From contig CBDDTI010000295.1 of NCBI GenBank assembly GCA_965233585.1, positions 73,421 to 137,420 of the forward strand: 64,000 nt of DNA. The letters are read 5' to 3'. A program made the translations under genes and the position numbers. The notes under the pieces are model-generated. The model searched no databases, was not told where the DNA came from, and saw only the letters and a program-made list of their open reading frames with translations. Shown here one piece after another: positions 38,127 through 48,795 of the stretch. Within the stretch, counting starts at the first letter, position 1. The number at the start of each line of letters is the position of its first letter. This DNA comes from a bacterium. GTDB lineage: Bacteria; SAR324; NAC60-12.

Positions 38127-38795
38127 ATGACAGCACATTTACAACGAGAGATAGAACAACTCAATCAGCAAGTGATGAAACTAGGAGGTTCAGTTAAAAA
38201 TTGCTTACAGATGGCATTGCAAGCATTGAAAGAACAAGACACAGCACTAGCACAAGAAACAATCGCTTATGATCTTGAGATTGACAAAGCAGAAATTGCC
38301 CTTGAGGAAGAATGCTTGAAAATCTTTGCACTGTATCAGCCTGTTGCAGTAGATTTGCGATATTTGGTCTCTGTCCTAAAAATCAATAACGACTTGGAGA
38401 GGATTGCAGACTTAGCCGTAGATATTGCCAAATGTGTCTTGAAACTAGGTCATAGGAATTGGGAAGAAACCTTTGACTTTGCAGAAATGGGCAAGTCTGC
38501 TCAGCACTCTTTAGACTTGGCGCTAGAAGCCTTGATTGAGTCAGACACAGCGAAGGCAACCCTTGTCTGTGAAGAAGAAGACCGCCTTGACAACTTCAAT
38601 AAACAAGTAGAAAAGCAACTGTTGCAAGGTATCAAAGACAGACCTCACAACCTCGTTTACTTTCTGAACTTTCGGTCTATGGGCAAATGTTTAGAAAGGA
38701 TTGGAGACCACACCAAAAAAATTGCTGAAGATGTCGTCTATATGGTAGATTCCAAAATCATTAGACACCACCACAAGTTAGGAAAAAAAGAATGA
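38127..38795 (+). CDS. phoU: Phosphate signalling complex protein PhoU
   Basis: 222 aa with two PhoU repeats (D..ID..E, NNDLERIADLAVDIA, LERIGDHTKKIAEDV). Confidence 0.9.
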   Translation: MTAHLQREIEQLNQQVMKLGGSVKNCLQMALQALKEQDTALAQETIAYDLEIDKAEIALEEECLKIFALYQPVAVDLRYLVSVLKINNDLERIADLAVDIAKCVLKLGHRNWEETFDFAEMGKSAQHSLDLALEALIESDTAKATLVCEEEDRLDNFNKQVEKQLLQGIKDRPHNLVYFLNFRSMGKCLERIGDHTKKIAEDVVYMVDSKIIRHHHKLGKKE

Positions 38796-38884
38796 CACGC
38801 AAAGCCTTTAAGAAGTCTCTGATAACATATAAAATACCCTGTTCTAACTTTTGAAAAATAAACCCAATCTGATTTAGGAATGCC

Positions 38885-39742
38885 ATGAAATATGCTTACC
38901 ATGATCACAACTTTTTATTGGGTGCAGACACAGAAATTTTGCGAAACCTTGCCAACTCCCTTTATCCCCAATATTTGCAAAGACTCTATCAAGAAGGCAA
39001 GACCATTCAACCTGCCCCACTTCCTGTTCTTGATGCCGATTTTGTAGAAAGTAGTGAAGCTCTTTGGTTCCGCGTCTTGTCTGAAGTCATGTATGCAGAA
39101 TTAAGTCAAAATCAAGAAGGAATTTTGCACACATTGCTCATGTTTGGCAGTGCCAGAATTGGCAACCAAGATTGGCACTCTGAAATCCCAGAAGTCAAAG
39201 ACTCACTTGATGCAGCCAGACAAATTGCCAAGGAGTTTACTCAGTGGAGTCTTGAGCAGTCTCCAAACTCCAAGCAAGCCTTTGCGGTTTGCACAGGTGG
39301 GGGCGGAGGCATCATGGAAGCAGGCAATCAGGGGGCGCATGAGGCAGGCGGTGTTTCTCTTGGAATGAATATCATTCTGCCCTTTGAACAAGAACACAAT
39401 CCCTACATTACAGAACATTTTGTTTTTAACTTCCGCTATTTCTTCACAAGAAAGTTTCATTTTTTAAGGCGTGGCAAAGCCATGATTGTTTTCCCCGGTG
39501 GATTTGGCAGTTTTGATGAGCTTTTTGAATCGTTAACACTCATTCAAACCAAAAAAATTGAACCCATTCCCATCATTCTTTTTCATACAAAATTTTGGAA
39601 AGATGTTGTCCAGTTAGAAAAACTTCTTGAATACGGAACGCTTAGTCAGGAAGATTTGGATTTATTCCGCTATGAAGATTCTGTTGAAAATGTGCTTGAA
39701 TTAATCAAGGCAGAGTTTTCTCAATTCATACCTTCTTCTTAA
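38885..39742 (+). CDS. LOG-family (TIGR00730-type) nucleotide phosphoribohydrolase-like protein
   Basis: 285 aa. TGGGGGIMEAGNQGA and PGGFGSFDELFE motifs. Confidence 0.8.
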   Translation: MKYAYHDHNFLLGADTEILRNLANSLYPQYLQRLYQEGKTIQPAPLPVLDADFVESSEALWFRVLSEVMYAELSQNQEGILHTLLMFGSARIGNQDWHSEIPEVKDSLDAARQIAKEFTQWSLEQSPNSKQAFAVCTGGGGGIMEAGNQGAHEAGGVSLGMNIILPFEQEHNPYITEHFVFNFRYFFTRKFHFLRRGKAMIVFPGGFGSFDELFESLTLIQTKKIEPIPIILFHTKFWKDVVQLEKLLEYGTLSQEDLDLFRYEDSVENVLELIKAEFSQFIPSS

Positions 39743-39766
39743 CCTTCAAAATAGAACTCAACAACT

Positions 39767-40723
39767 ATGGTCAAGTTTCTGCTTTTCTTTGTTGCATTTT
39801 CCTTTTCTTCTATCATCACTTTTGCTTCTCAACCTGAAAATTTAATTCTTGGCAAACATGCTCAAACCGTCTTACTTGCAGACAAATCAGGGTGTCGCTT
39901 GTCTGTCTTCCAATACAATCAAGACCAAACTCAGTTTGAAAAAATCAAATCATATGTTTGTGAAAGTGGAAAACGTTCAGGCGATAAAAAAATAGAAGGA
40001 GATGAGCGCACCCCAACAGGTGTTTATTTTTTGCAAAGGGCATGGACAGGTCGCACCTTAAAAAGCAAATATGGTAAATATGCAGATGTTTATGGCTCTG
40101 GTGCATTTGAAATGAGCTATCCAAACTATTTAGACCGCTATGTTTTGAACAATGGAGGGTCAGGAATCTGGTTGCATGGGACAATAGAAGTCCGCCCAAA
40201 AGCCACAAGAGGTTGCATTTCTTTGGGCAATGACCACTTATTAGATGTCGGGCAGTACATTTCTCTACGTCAGACACAAATTGTGGTTTCTGATTCTGTC
40301 AAAGAGATTTCAGATGAACAAATGCAAAGCCTTCGTCAAGGATTACTTGCCTTCTTAGAATCATGGCGTAGCACATGGGAGTCTGGCACAACACAAGACT
40401 ATTTGAAGCATTACTCAGCAGATTTTAAAAATGCAGGGTTTGACTTTCAACAATGGCAGGGCTATAAAACCAAAATCAACGCACGCAATCAAAATAGAAA
40501 AATTGGGGTTTCAGAAACTGTCATCTTCAAGGCAAAAAATATTTTTCATATCCAATTCAAACAAGACTATCAATCTTCTCACACGAATCAAGTTGGTTAT
40601 AAGACACTTTACGTCAAGGAAGAAGATGGTCGTTATCTCATTTTAAGTGAAGAATGGGCGCCACTGAATCAGCACCAATCTGCCCAACATGATGTTTTGC
40701 CAAGCCCAAACTCTTCAACATGA
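39767..40723 (+). CDS. L,D-transpeptidase (YkuD) family protein with a C-terminal extra domain
   Basis: Signal peptide. YkuD catalytic block IWLHGT....TRGCISLGNDHL. Confidence 0.8.
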   Translation: MVKFLLFFVAFSFSSIITFASQPENLILGKHAQTVLLADKSGCRLSVFQYNQDQTQFEKIKSYVCESGKRSGDKKIEGDERTPTGVYFLQRAWTGRTLKSKYGKYADVYGSGAFEMSYPNYLDRYVLNNGGSGIWLHGTIEVRPKATRGCISLGNDHLLDVGQYISLRQTQIVVSDSVKEISDEQMQSLRQGLLAFLESWRSTWESGTTQDYLKHYSADFKNAGFDFQQWQGYKTKINARNQNRKIGVSETVIFKAKNIFHIQFKQDYQSSHTNQVGYKTLYVKEEDGRYLILSEEWAPLNQHQSAQHDVLPSPNSST

Positions 40724-43700
40724 CTTCTCCTTCTCATCAACCAACCCAAGCAGAACAACAGGCGATTGAACTTGCCCAAAAATGGCTGGAAAACTGTCAC
40801 AAATTGGCTCATCGTCAAGAAAAGCAAGAACAAAATAAATTTGCCAAATTGGTTTCTGACCCCAAAGGTAAGTATGTCCTGACTCACTTGCTAGACCGTG
40901 CCTTCCGCTCTACTACGCCTGCTCGGATTGTAGAACAAACACAGTATCTTTTCGCAAGAGACAACTTGCCACAGTTTTTGAAGTTTTGGGAGAAGGGGTT
41001 GATTCACTTGCTCCAAACATTTGGCTCATTCCTGCCTCAACTGACAGCTTTTTCATTGACACAAAAAATCAAGTGGGACGTCAAACGGGTGATTTTGTCT
41101 GGTGAAGAACCTGCTTTGAGCAAACATCTTGCCAAACGTTATCAAGACGGTGTCTCTATGAACCTCAACATTTTAGGTGAGATGGTTTTGGGAGAAAAAG
41201 AAGCACAGAATCGTTTGAATGCTTTTTTAAAAGCACTGGAACGTCCCGATGTAGATTACATTTCTATCAAAATTTCTGGAATCTTTTCCCAAATCCACCC
41301 CCTAGGATATGAACAATCCAAAGAGGCACTCAAGCAACGACTTGCACAACTTTATCGTCAGGCACAAAACTATCCTTCGCAACGGACAGGCAAGGCAAAG
41401 TTTATCAATTTGGACATGGAAGAATACCGTGACACTGAATTGACGATTGATGTCTTCAAAGAAACTTTGGAACAAGAAGAATTTCACCAACTGCATGCTG
41501 GGATTGTGTTACAAGCCTATTTACCTGATTCGTGGCATTATCAAAAAGACCTGATAGCGTGGTCTAAGAAACGTCTCATCAACGGAGGCACTCCCATTAA
41601 AATTCGTTTGGTGAAGGGGGCAAACTTACAGATGGAGGCAGTGGAATCTGCCATACACGGTTGGGAATGCCCTGTCGTCAGAAGCAAGGTGCAAGCTGAT
41701 GCCAATTATAAACGTATGCTAGAGACAGGGATTCGCCAAGAAAACATTCAAGCCGCTCATCTAGGCGTTGCCTCGCATAATCTGTTTGACCTCGCTTATG
41801 CTGCTGTCCTTGCTGAAGAAGGACAAGTTTGGGAACATTTTACTTTTGAAATGCTAGAAGGCATGGCAGAGTCCCTCTGGAGGACTTTGCATGCAGAGTC
41901 TAAACCCGTTTTGCTTTACGTCCCTGTTGCAGAACCCCAACACTTTTTAAACGCTGTCGCTTACCTTGTGAGAAGACTTGATGAAAATACTGCACCTGAT
42001 AATTTTTTAGCTCACTCTTTTGGTCTTTCCTGTCCCAGTCCAGAATGGGATTTTCTCAAACAACAATTTTTAGACTCTTGCCAAATCAAGCACACGCTGA
42101 CAGACCAGCCTTATCGCACACAACACAGAACACTAGAAGCAGGCAGTGTGACGCCTCATCATCAACCTTTTCAAAATGAACCAGACACCGATTGGCATCT
42201 TCCCCAAAATCGGCTTTGGGCTGAAGCAATTCGTCAAAGATGGCAAAACCACAAGCTCATTGAAGTCCCTGTCCAGATTGGCTCAAAGCAACTTCAAAGC
42301 AACGAATATCAAGACTTCTACGACCCTAACACTAACGACAAACGACACGTCTATCGCATCTCTCTTTCTGATGAGCAGAATGTCCTTGAGGCATTGAAAG
42401 TTGCTGAAAATGACCCAAGTGAGTGGAGTCAAACCACAACAGAACACCGTTGCCAAATTTTAAGCCGTGTTGCCCAAGGGTTCCGCAAGAAACGAGGGGA
42501 TATGATTGGGTGCATGGCAGCAGTGACAGGAAAAGTTTTTTTGGAATCTGACCCCGAAATTTCAGAAGCGATTGATTTTGCAGAATACTATCCAAGGACG
42601 TTCAAAGATTTTGAAGACACTCTGCCACATCTCAAATTTTCTCCCAAAGGTGTGATTTTAGTCATTGCCCCTTGGAACTTTCCAATGGCAATCCCTGCTG
42701 GCGGAGTCTTAGCCGCTTTGACTTGTGGCAATCGTGTGTTACTGAAGCCTGCCCCGGAAGCCTTTCCCATTGCGTGGGAATTTGCACAATGCTTTTGGCA
42801 GGCAGGAGTTCCCAAAGAAGCCTTTCAACTTGTCTGTTGCGAGGAAGGCAAGGTACTGGATACACTGGTTGGTCATTCCAGCATCAAACATCTCATTTTG
42901 ACTGGTGGGACTGAAACAGCTTTAAAAATTCTAAAAAGACGCCCTGACATTCCTTTGTCTGCTGAAACAGGAGGCAAGAATGCGACCATCATTTCTGCAA
43001 CTGCTGACTTAGACCAAGCCGTGAAAGATGTGGTTCATTCTGCATTTTCTAATGCAGGTCAAAAATGTTCTTGCACTTCTTTGCTTGTGGTAGAAAAAGA
43101 TGTCTTTGACGAACCTCAATTTGCAGAAAAGCTCAAAGATGCCGCAGAAAGTTTTAAAATAGGGTCTGCATGGGATTTGTCATCTGACGCAGGTCCAATG
43201 ATCCAAATGCCAAATGCTCTACAAAAACGGGGTTTTGAAGAATTGACTCAAGGAGAACAGTGGCTTGTGAAAGCAAGATCATTGAATCCTAAAATTTGGT
43301 CTCCTGCAGTGCGTTGGAACACGCCTCCTCAATCTTTTGCTCATCAATTTGAATTTTTTGCACCCATCTTGTCTGTCATGCGTGCTGAAAGTCTGCAACA
43401 TGCCATAGAACTTGCCAATGCCACAGAATACGGACTCACCTCAGGCTTACAAAGTCTTGACGAACGAGAGCAAGAAGAATGGAAGAAACGCATTCAAGCA
43501 GGCAATCTGTATATCAACAGAGGCACAACTGGTGCAATTGTACGAAGGCAACCTTTTGGAGGTCTGAAAAAGTCTGCCATGGGTCAAGGAACTAAAGCAG
43601 GGGGTCCAAACTACGTCTTACAATTCTGCAATGTTGAAAGAATTGGCAAAATTGAAGAAAAGGACAGTCAAACTCATTCTGTCAAAACACAAAATGCTTT

Positions 43701-44265
43701 GAAATCTGTACCAGCTTTGCTCAAAAATATTGAAAAGGAATCACATCTTTTACACTCGGTCAAAGAGTTTGCATGGCAATATCAATCTTGTTTTGAAAAG
43801 CATTTTTCCGGTGAGGTAGATTTTTCTCATGTTTTAGGACAACATAACGTATTCCGCTATCTTCCTGCAGGTTTAGTGAGCCTGAGAATTGGAGAACATG
43901 CCAACCAAGAAGAAGTCTTGCTCACCATACTTGCAGCGCATTTGACTCATAATTCTGTGCAGGTCAGCATGAGTTCAAAAAGTCCAGCGAAAGAAAAAAT
44001 TAAAGAAATTTGTAAGTTGTGCCGATATGATTGGAAAGAGGAAAAACTTGATGATGCCATCGGGCAAATCTCAAAAGCACAACGGATTCGTGCGGTGGGT
44101 TGCACGCCTGATGAAATCAGTGCTTTGGCAAATGCTTTGGCTGAAGTTGGAAAACAAGTTTTTTCTGTTCCAAACACCCAAGAGGCAAGAATTGAAATGC
44201 TTTATTATCTACAAGAACAAAGTATCAGCGTCAATTATCACCGATACGGTTATTTGGGAATTTAA
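40720..44265 (+). CDS. putA: Bifunctional proline dehydrogenase / L-glutamate gamma-semialdehyde dehydrogenase
   Basis: 1181 aa. Proline dehydrogenase TIM-barrel region, then an ALDH domain (ETGGKNA, FSNAGQKCSCTS, EYGLTSGL). Confidence 0.9.
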   Translation: MTSPSHQPTQAEQQAIELAQKWLENCHKLAHRQEKQEQNKFAKLVSDPKGKYVLTHLLDRAFRSTTPARIVEQTQYLFARDNLPQFLKFWEKGLIHLLQTFGSFLPQLTAFSLTQKIKWDVKRVILSGEEPALSKHLAKRYQDGVSMNLNILGEMVLGEKEAQNRLNAFLKALERPDVDYISIKISGIFSQIHPLGYEQSKEALKQRLAQLYRQAQNYPSQRTGKAKFINLDMEEYRDTELTIDVFKETLEQEEFHQLHAGIVLQAYLPDSWHYQKDLIAWSKKRLINGGTPIKIRLVKGANLQMEAVESAIHGWECPVVRSKVQADANYKRMLETGIRQENIQAAHLGVASHNLFDLAYAAVLAEEGQVWEHFTFEMLEGMAESLWRTLHAESKPVLLYVPVAEPQHFLNAVAYLVRRLDENTAPDNFLAHSFGLSCPSPEWDFLKQQFLDSCQIKHTLTDQPYRTQHRTLEAGSVTPHHQPFQNEPDTDWHLPQNRLWAEAIRQRWQNHKLIEVPVQIGSKQLQSNEYQDFYDPNTNDKRHVYRISLSDEQNVLEALKVAENDPSEWSQTTTEHRCQILSRVAQGFRKKRGDMIGCMAAVTGKVFLESDPEISEAIDFAEYYPRTFKDFEDTLPHLKFSPKGVILVIAPWNFPMAIPAGGVLAALTCGNRVLLKPAPEAFPIAWEFAQCFWQAGVPKEAFQLVCCEEGKVLDTLVGHSSIKHLILTGGTETALKILKRRPDIPLSAETGGKNATIISATADLDQAVKDVVHSAFSNAGQKCSCTSLLVVEKDVFDEPQFAEKLKDAAESFKIGSAWDLSSDAGPMIQMPNALQKRGFEELTQGEQWLVKARSLNPKIWSPAVRWNTPPQSFAHQFEFFAPILSVMRAESLQHAIELANATEYGLTSGLQSLDEREQEEWKKRIQAGNLYINRGTTGAIVRRQPFGGLKKSAMGQGTKAGGPNYVLQFCNVERIGKIEEKDSQTHSVKTQNALKSVPALLKNIEKESHLLHSVKEFAWQYQSCFEKHFSGEVDFSHVLGQHNVFRYLPAGLVSLRIGEHANQEEVLLTILAAHLTHNSVQVSMSSKSPAKEKIKEICKLCRYDWKEEKLDDAIGQISKAQRIRAVGCTPDEISALANALAEVGKQVFSVPNTQEARIEMLYYLQEQSISVNYHRYGYLGI

Positions 44266-44336
44266 AATCTTTTTCAAAGCACACGTCTTTGTTTCAAGGG
44301 CATTAGATAAATTTCATAAAAATACATTTTACTAAA

Positions 44337-45083
44337 ATGCGTACTCTACTTTTTATGACTTTGTTTTGTTTGATTTTGTCTAGCATTCCAGATGATTTAC
44401 AAGCAAGAAGAAGGCAGAAGCCCAAAAATATCAAAATCGGTTTGCAAAGGTGGGTCAATAACGTGACCTACAATTACCAAACTCGTACAGATGAAGGCTT
44501 TTCTAACGGAGAACTGGAAGAAACTAATGTCTCTTCCAGTGGGGAGATGTCTGATACAGCATTGCTGATGGAATATGTGATTGCAACTCGTGTTGGGGTA
44601 GAAGCAGGGGTGGGTCTCATTCCATCTGTGAGAGATTTTGAGCTGAAAACAGACCGCCAAACGATTGGAGACGTCAAACAAACACTAACACTTTCATACT
44701 ATTTTGGACTTAATGCCTATTTTTCTGCATTCACTGGCAACGGATTCAAGCCATTTGCAGGGATAGGCATCAGCTCATTTCAAGTCAGTAGCGTCTATTC
44801 TAATGGTGGCAGAATCAATATAGATTTGTCCGCAGATGAAAGTGCCGAGGTAGTCAGTAACTTCCCTGAAAAACAAACGATGTCAGCAGTCGTGCAAGGG
44901 CAATATCTTAAACTAGGTTTTGATTGGATGATTGATGCGGCAGGGCTAAGAGTGCAATATGTTTATTTGCAAGATGCAAAGACGACCACAGAACAAACTA
45001 AAAAAACATTGTTAGACCAAAAGCAACAAGAAACTATTCAATTGAATGGTGGAATCAACATTGGCATCTTTTTTGCCTTCTAG
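44337..45083 (+). CDS. Outer-membrane beta-barrel protein (hypothetical)
   Basis: 248 aa. Signal peptide, alternating hydrophobic beta-strand pattern, C-terminal aromatic residue (..GINIGIFFAF). Confidence 0.6.
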   Translation: MRTLLFMTLFCLILSSIPDDLQARRRQKPKNIKIGLQRWVNNVTYNYQTRTDEGFSNGELEETNVSSSGEMSDTALLMEYVIATRVGVEAGVGLIPSVRDFELKTDRQTIGDVKQTLTLSYYFGLNAYFSAFTGNGFKPFAGIGISSFQVSSVYSNGGRINIDLSADESAEVVSNFPEKQTMSAVVQGQYLKLGFDWMIDAAGLRVQYVYLQDAKTTTEQTKKTLLDQKQQETIQLNGGINIGIFFAF

Positions 45084-45273
45084 CCTGACTGCTTCTTCAA
45101 ATCATTCAAATTGCAAAGGTTGTCTCTTCATCACTGATGAAAAAATAAAACCGTCCATGAACCCAAAAAAGCGATTTTTTGGGATTTTGCTTGCGTTTTT
45201 GTCAAAAAACTGCGACAACTTCAATCTGGTTAAGAAAGAAATCTGATTAAGACACATTGACCTAGTAAACAAA

Positions 45274-45660
45274 ATGGACCAAACAGTTCACGGAATCATC
45301 TCACTAATTTGTATGGGGAACCGTCAAAACTATCGGATTGAATTGAGTGCATACCAATCATGGCAGATTGATGGAATGACATTGGAAGAACTCAATCTTT
45401 ACTTTCCTGAGGTATTGGAAACCTGCCACAAAGAAGCATTTGACCACGGCAGACTTGATGATTTTATAGAACAACAAAGTGCTAATGACGTCAGAGTCAT
45501 TTTTACAATCGTTCCTCACACAAAGCAAACGATGCAAAAACGACTGGAACATCATCGCAAAATGGTTGCAACCTTTGAAAGCTATCGCAACCTCCAACGC
45601 TACCTCAAAGCAACCTTCAAACACACTTCAATCCGAGCAGACAAATCGCTCAATACTTAA
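45274..45660 (+). CDS. Hypothetical protein
   Basis: 128-aa ORF with no clear SD and no family I recognise. It is retained only because it fills an otherwise empty gap. Confidence 0.35.
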   Translation: MDQTVHGIISLICMGNRQNYRIELSAYQSWQIDGMTLEELNLYFPEVLETCHKEAFDHGRLDDFIEQQSANDVRVIFTIVPHTKQTMQKRLEHHRKMVATFESYRNLQRYLKATFKHTSIRADKSLNT

Positions 45661-45738
45661 TCAGTCCGTTTGGAAGTTTGCCTGCCAAAACTGGTTTGAA
45701 AAGCCCCCGAACCCAGCATGCAACTGCTTTCAAAAAAC

Positions 45739-47160
45739 TTACATGTTTGGCAGTAACATATTGATAATAGGAATGGACAGTTGATTGGCTTGAGCCGCTG
45801 CTGCACTAGAGGCATTGGTTAGAATCTGGTACCTTGTAATGTCAGACAAGGTTTTGACAATGTCTGCATCACGCACTGTAGACTCTGCTGCCAACAAATT
45901 CTCTGCTGTAATTCGCAAAACTGCCACATTACTTTCCAGAGAATTTTTTTGAGTCGCACCCAAATCCCCCCTCATTTTTGAAACTTCAGTGATGGCTTTG
46001 TCAATCAAACGTATCGCATCGGACGCATTTTCTACAGTCTCTACTTCAATGTCAGAGAGACTTGAAAATAGACTGTCATTTTGCACCCCTCTGCCCAATG
46101 AACTGGTAGAGACACTATTGAGAGCCAGCCCAACTCTTTGATCCACATTCTGCCCCACCTGAAACTGCAAGGAGTTTTGAGAGACACTGACAGTGCCATT
46201 GAACCCCAAAACTGGCTCACGCACAAAGACAGAAAGCCCATCAGTAAAGCGATTCCCTTCTGCACCTGTGAGAGTCCGACCTTTCCCAACTGCTGCCTCG
46301 CCATTAATTGTGCCTTGAATGTCTGACCCGTTGCGAATCTCTTCAGTCTGACCACCGATTAAGCCCAAAGTGTCTTCAGAGACAGTGATAGAAAAGCTAT
46401 TGTCTTGACCATATTTTTTATGGAAGATGAAGAGTGACACGCCATCATATTCCACCTCTAAATTCAGACCTGCCCGTTCTATTGAACTGGATAAGCGACT
46501 CACAAATAAATCAGGAGCCTCATCTTCTCGTCCAACTAAACGGATAGATTTACCCCCTTCATTGAGAGTCATCACTAATCCCTCAGGATCATCAGCAAAT
46601 TGCCCAGAGATTTCAGAACGTGTGGCTGTTTCTATCACGTCTATTTCATAGCCCTCCACAGGTGAAGAACGTGTTTTGTCTGTTGCTCCCAAGAAGTCCA
46701 CAAACTGATTAGAAGCCACGCCTGAAACACCATTGCTGCCATCAAGCAAGAATTTATTCCCAAAACGTGTGGTGTTGGCAATTCTTTCAATGGTATCGAG
46801 CGCATTTCGGAGTTGATTTTGCAGAGAGGCTCTTGCAATTTCGTCATTTGAGGCTTCATTGGCAGCTGCCAATGAAAGTTGCCTTGCTTCAATGAGTAAA
46901 TTATTGACCTCAGACAAAGCACCTTCTGCTGTTTGCACAACAGAAATAGAGATTTCAGAGTTTTTAATGGCTTGTTCCACACTTGCAATTTGCGCTCTCA
47001 AATTCTCTGAAATGATCAAGCCCGCAGGGTCATCTCCACCATGATTGATACGTTGCCCTGAAGACAATTTTTCTAATGATTTGGAGAGTTCACTTTGAGT
47101 CCAAGACAAATGTCTTAAAGCATTCAAAGATTGTGTATTGTTTCGGATATTGATTGCCAT
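45739..47160 (-). CDS. fliC: Flagellin (473 aa)
   Basis: N-terminal LEKLSSGQRINHGGDDPAGL and the C-terminal D1/D0 helices are present. The start lies 12 nt after the upstream flagellin's stop, with a GGAGG SD. Confidence 0.92.
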   Translation of the reverse strand: MAINIRNNTQSLNALRHLSWTQSELSKSLEKLSSGQRINHGGDDPAGLIISENLRAQIASVEQAIKNSEISISVVQTAEGALSEVNNLLIEARQLSLAAANEASNDEIARASLQNQLRNALDTIERIANTTRFGNKFLLDGSNGVSGVASNQFVDFLGATDKTRSSPVEGYEIDVIETATRSEISGQFADDPEGLVMTLNEGGKSIRLVGREDEAPDLFVSRLSSSIERAGLNLEVEYDGVSLFIFHKKYGQDNSFSITVSEDTLGLIGGQTEEIRNGSDIQGTINGEAAVGKGRTLTGAEGNRFTDGLSVFVREPVLGFNGTVSVSQNSLQFQVGQNVDQRVGLALNSVSTSSLGRGVQNDSLFSSLSDIEVETVENASDAIRLIDKAITEVSKMRGDLGATQKNSLESNVAVLRITAENLLAAESTVRDADIVKTLSDITRYQILTNASSAAAAQANQLSIPIINMLLPNM

Positions 47161-47172
47161 GATGCCTCCAAA

Positions 47173-48660
47173 TTATTGAGATGCTAAAAGCCCCAAAACG
47201 TTTTGGGGCATGGCATTGGCTTGTGCAAGCTGTGCAGTTGCCGCTTGTGTCAAAATTTGACTTCTTGTGAAGTTTGTCAACTCTTGAGCCATGTCTGCAT
47301 CACGCAAGACGGATTCTGCGGCAGTCAGATTCTCTGCTGCCACCCTGAGAGAGTAGATGTTACTTTCTAAGGTGTTGCGTTGAAATGCTCCAAGTAGCCC
47401 CCGATTTGCAGAGATTTCCTCAATCGCTTTATCTACAAGCCTGATGGAATCTTGGGCACCTTGACCCGTACGGACATCTACATCAGCAAGAGAAGAAAAC
47501 CCGCTGTTGTTGTTAATGTCTCTTGCAATTTGAGTAGAGCTTGTGTCAAGCATACTGACAGCAACCGTCTGTCCTTCGTTTGCACCTACCTGGAATTGGA
47601 GTGCATTTTGTTTGACACGCACCAGTCCGACCACCGAATTTTCAGGTGCAGAACCATTGACCCGCAATCTGAGACCATCAGTAGATCTGTTGCCTCTCTT
47701 GCCAATCATCACATCGCCATCGCCAATGGCAATTTCTCCATTGATGGTGCCGCGAATATCTGTTCCGTAGCTGACAACTTCCTCATTCTCAAGAGTCGTC
47801 CCTTGTTCTCCAAGGAAAATACCTGCTTCTGTGCTAGAGGCACTGAAACCTTTTTTGCTTCCATACTGATTATGAACAACGCTAAAAGCCCCTGAGGCTG
47901 CCCCCCTTGGCACGTCATGCTCAATACTGATGTCAAGCCCTGCCCTTTCAATCGCAGCTGCCAGACCTTCTAGTGCTGTGCTGACAGAGTCTTGCTCAGT
48001 GGCTTTGTATTTGACAACTTTGCCCTCTGAACGGACAGAAAGCACGACACCATTTTCAATGGCATCTTGGGACAGAGTTCCATCTAAAGTGGCTCGTGTT
48101 GCATTTTCTGAGACAAAGACTTCATACCCTTGATCATCTCCGACCTTAGTTGCCGCAGATGCTTTGAGAAACTGCACGACTTTTTTCCCATCAGCAGACA
48201 AGACTAAATCTTGGGTGCTTCCAGTGGTTGCACGACTTCCATCAAGCAAGCGACGTTGTCCAAACTGCGTGTTTTGTGCAATTCGGTCAATCGCAGCAAG
48301 TGCATTTTCAATTTCTGCTTGGTCTGCCGCAAGTTGTGTCTCGTCATTGATTCCCTCGTTGGCAGCATGCACAGCTCGTTGCCGAATGTCAATTAAAAGA
48401 CGATTGACTTCTGTCAATGCACCTTCTGCTGTTTGTACCAATGACACAGCAGCTTCGTTGTTATCCAAAGCCTGCGTCAAGCCCCCAATTTGGGCACGCA
48501 TGTGTTCTGAAATGACTAGCGTCGCAGGTCCTTCTGCTGCTGAATTGACTTTGATCCCTGAAGATAAGCGTTGAAGTGTTCTTCCTAAATCTTGGTCGTT
48601 TTTTAACATCAAACGGTGTGCATTCATTGCATTGATGTTATGGTTAATTCTAACTCCCAT
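47173..48660 (-). CDS. fliC: Flagellin (495 aa)
   Basis: LQRLSSGIKVNSAAEGPA...; C-terminus ..TRSQILTQAATAQLAQAN. Confidence 0.92.
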   Translation of the reverse strand: MGVRINHNINAMNAHRLMLKNDQDLGRTLQRLSSGIKVNSAAEGPATLVISEHMRAQIGGLTQALDNNEAAVSLVQTAEGALTEVNRLLIDIRQRAVHAANEGINDETQLAADQAEIENALAAIDRIAQNTQFGQRRLLDGSRATTGSTQDLVLSADGKKVVQFLKASAATKVGDDQGYEVFVSENATRATLDGTLSQDAIENGVVLSVRSEGKVVKYKATEQDSVSTALEGLAAAIERAGLDISIEHDVPRGAASGAFSVVHNQYGSKKGFSASSTEAGIFLGEQGTTLENEEVVSYGTDIRGTINGEIAIGDGDVMIGKRGNRSTDGLRLRVNGSAPENSVVGLVRVKQNALQFQVGANEGQTVAVSMLDTSSTQIARDINNNSGFSSLADVDVRTGQGAQDSIRLVDKAIEEISANRGLLGAFQRNTLESNIYSLRVAAENLTAAESVLRDADMAQELTNFTRSQILTQAATAQLAQANAMPQNVLGLLASQ

Positions 48661-48695
48661 GATAACCTCGTTATAGTTTAAAGATTAAAAAATGA

Positions 48696-48730
48696 TTCCT
48701 CCATAGAACTACATTGATTCCCTCCATAGG
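48696..48730 (-). promoter_or_regulatory. Two small hairpins with AUGGA loops in the leader of flagellin 47173..48660
   Basis: RNA sense: CCUAUGGAGGG (48730->48720) and UUCUAUGGAGGAA (48708->48696). Each can close an AUGGA loop using G-U pairs. A GAGG SD follows. Confidence 0.35.
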
Positions 48731-48795
48731 TTTAAAAAGAAGCCTATCAAACATAGACTTCTTCAAAAATTGAAAGTCTTTTTCAAGACAAAGAT

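Noticed and set aside
38003-38197. 64-aa ORF overlapping the phoU start
   Set aside because: It overlaps the well-supported phoU start in another frame and has no SD and no recognisable family.
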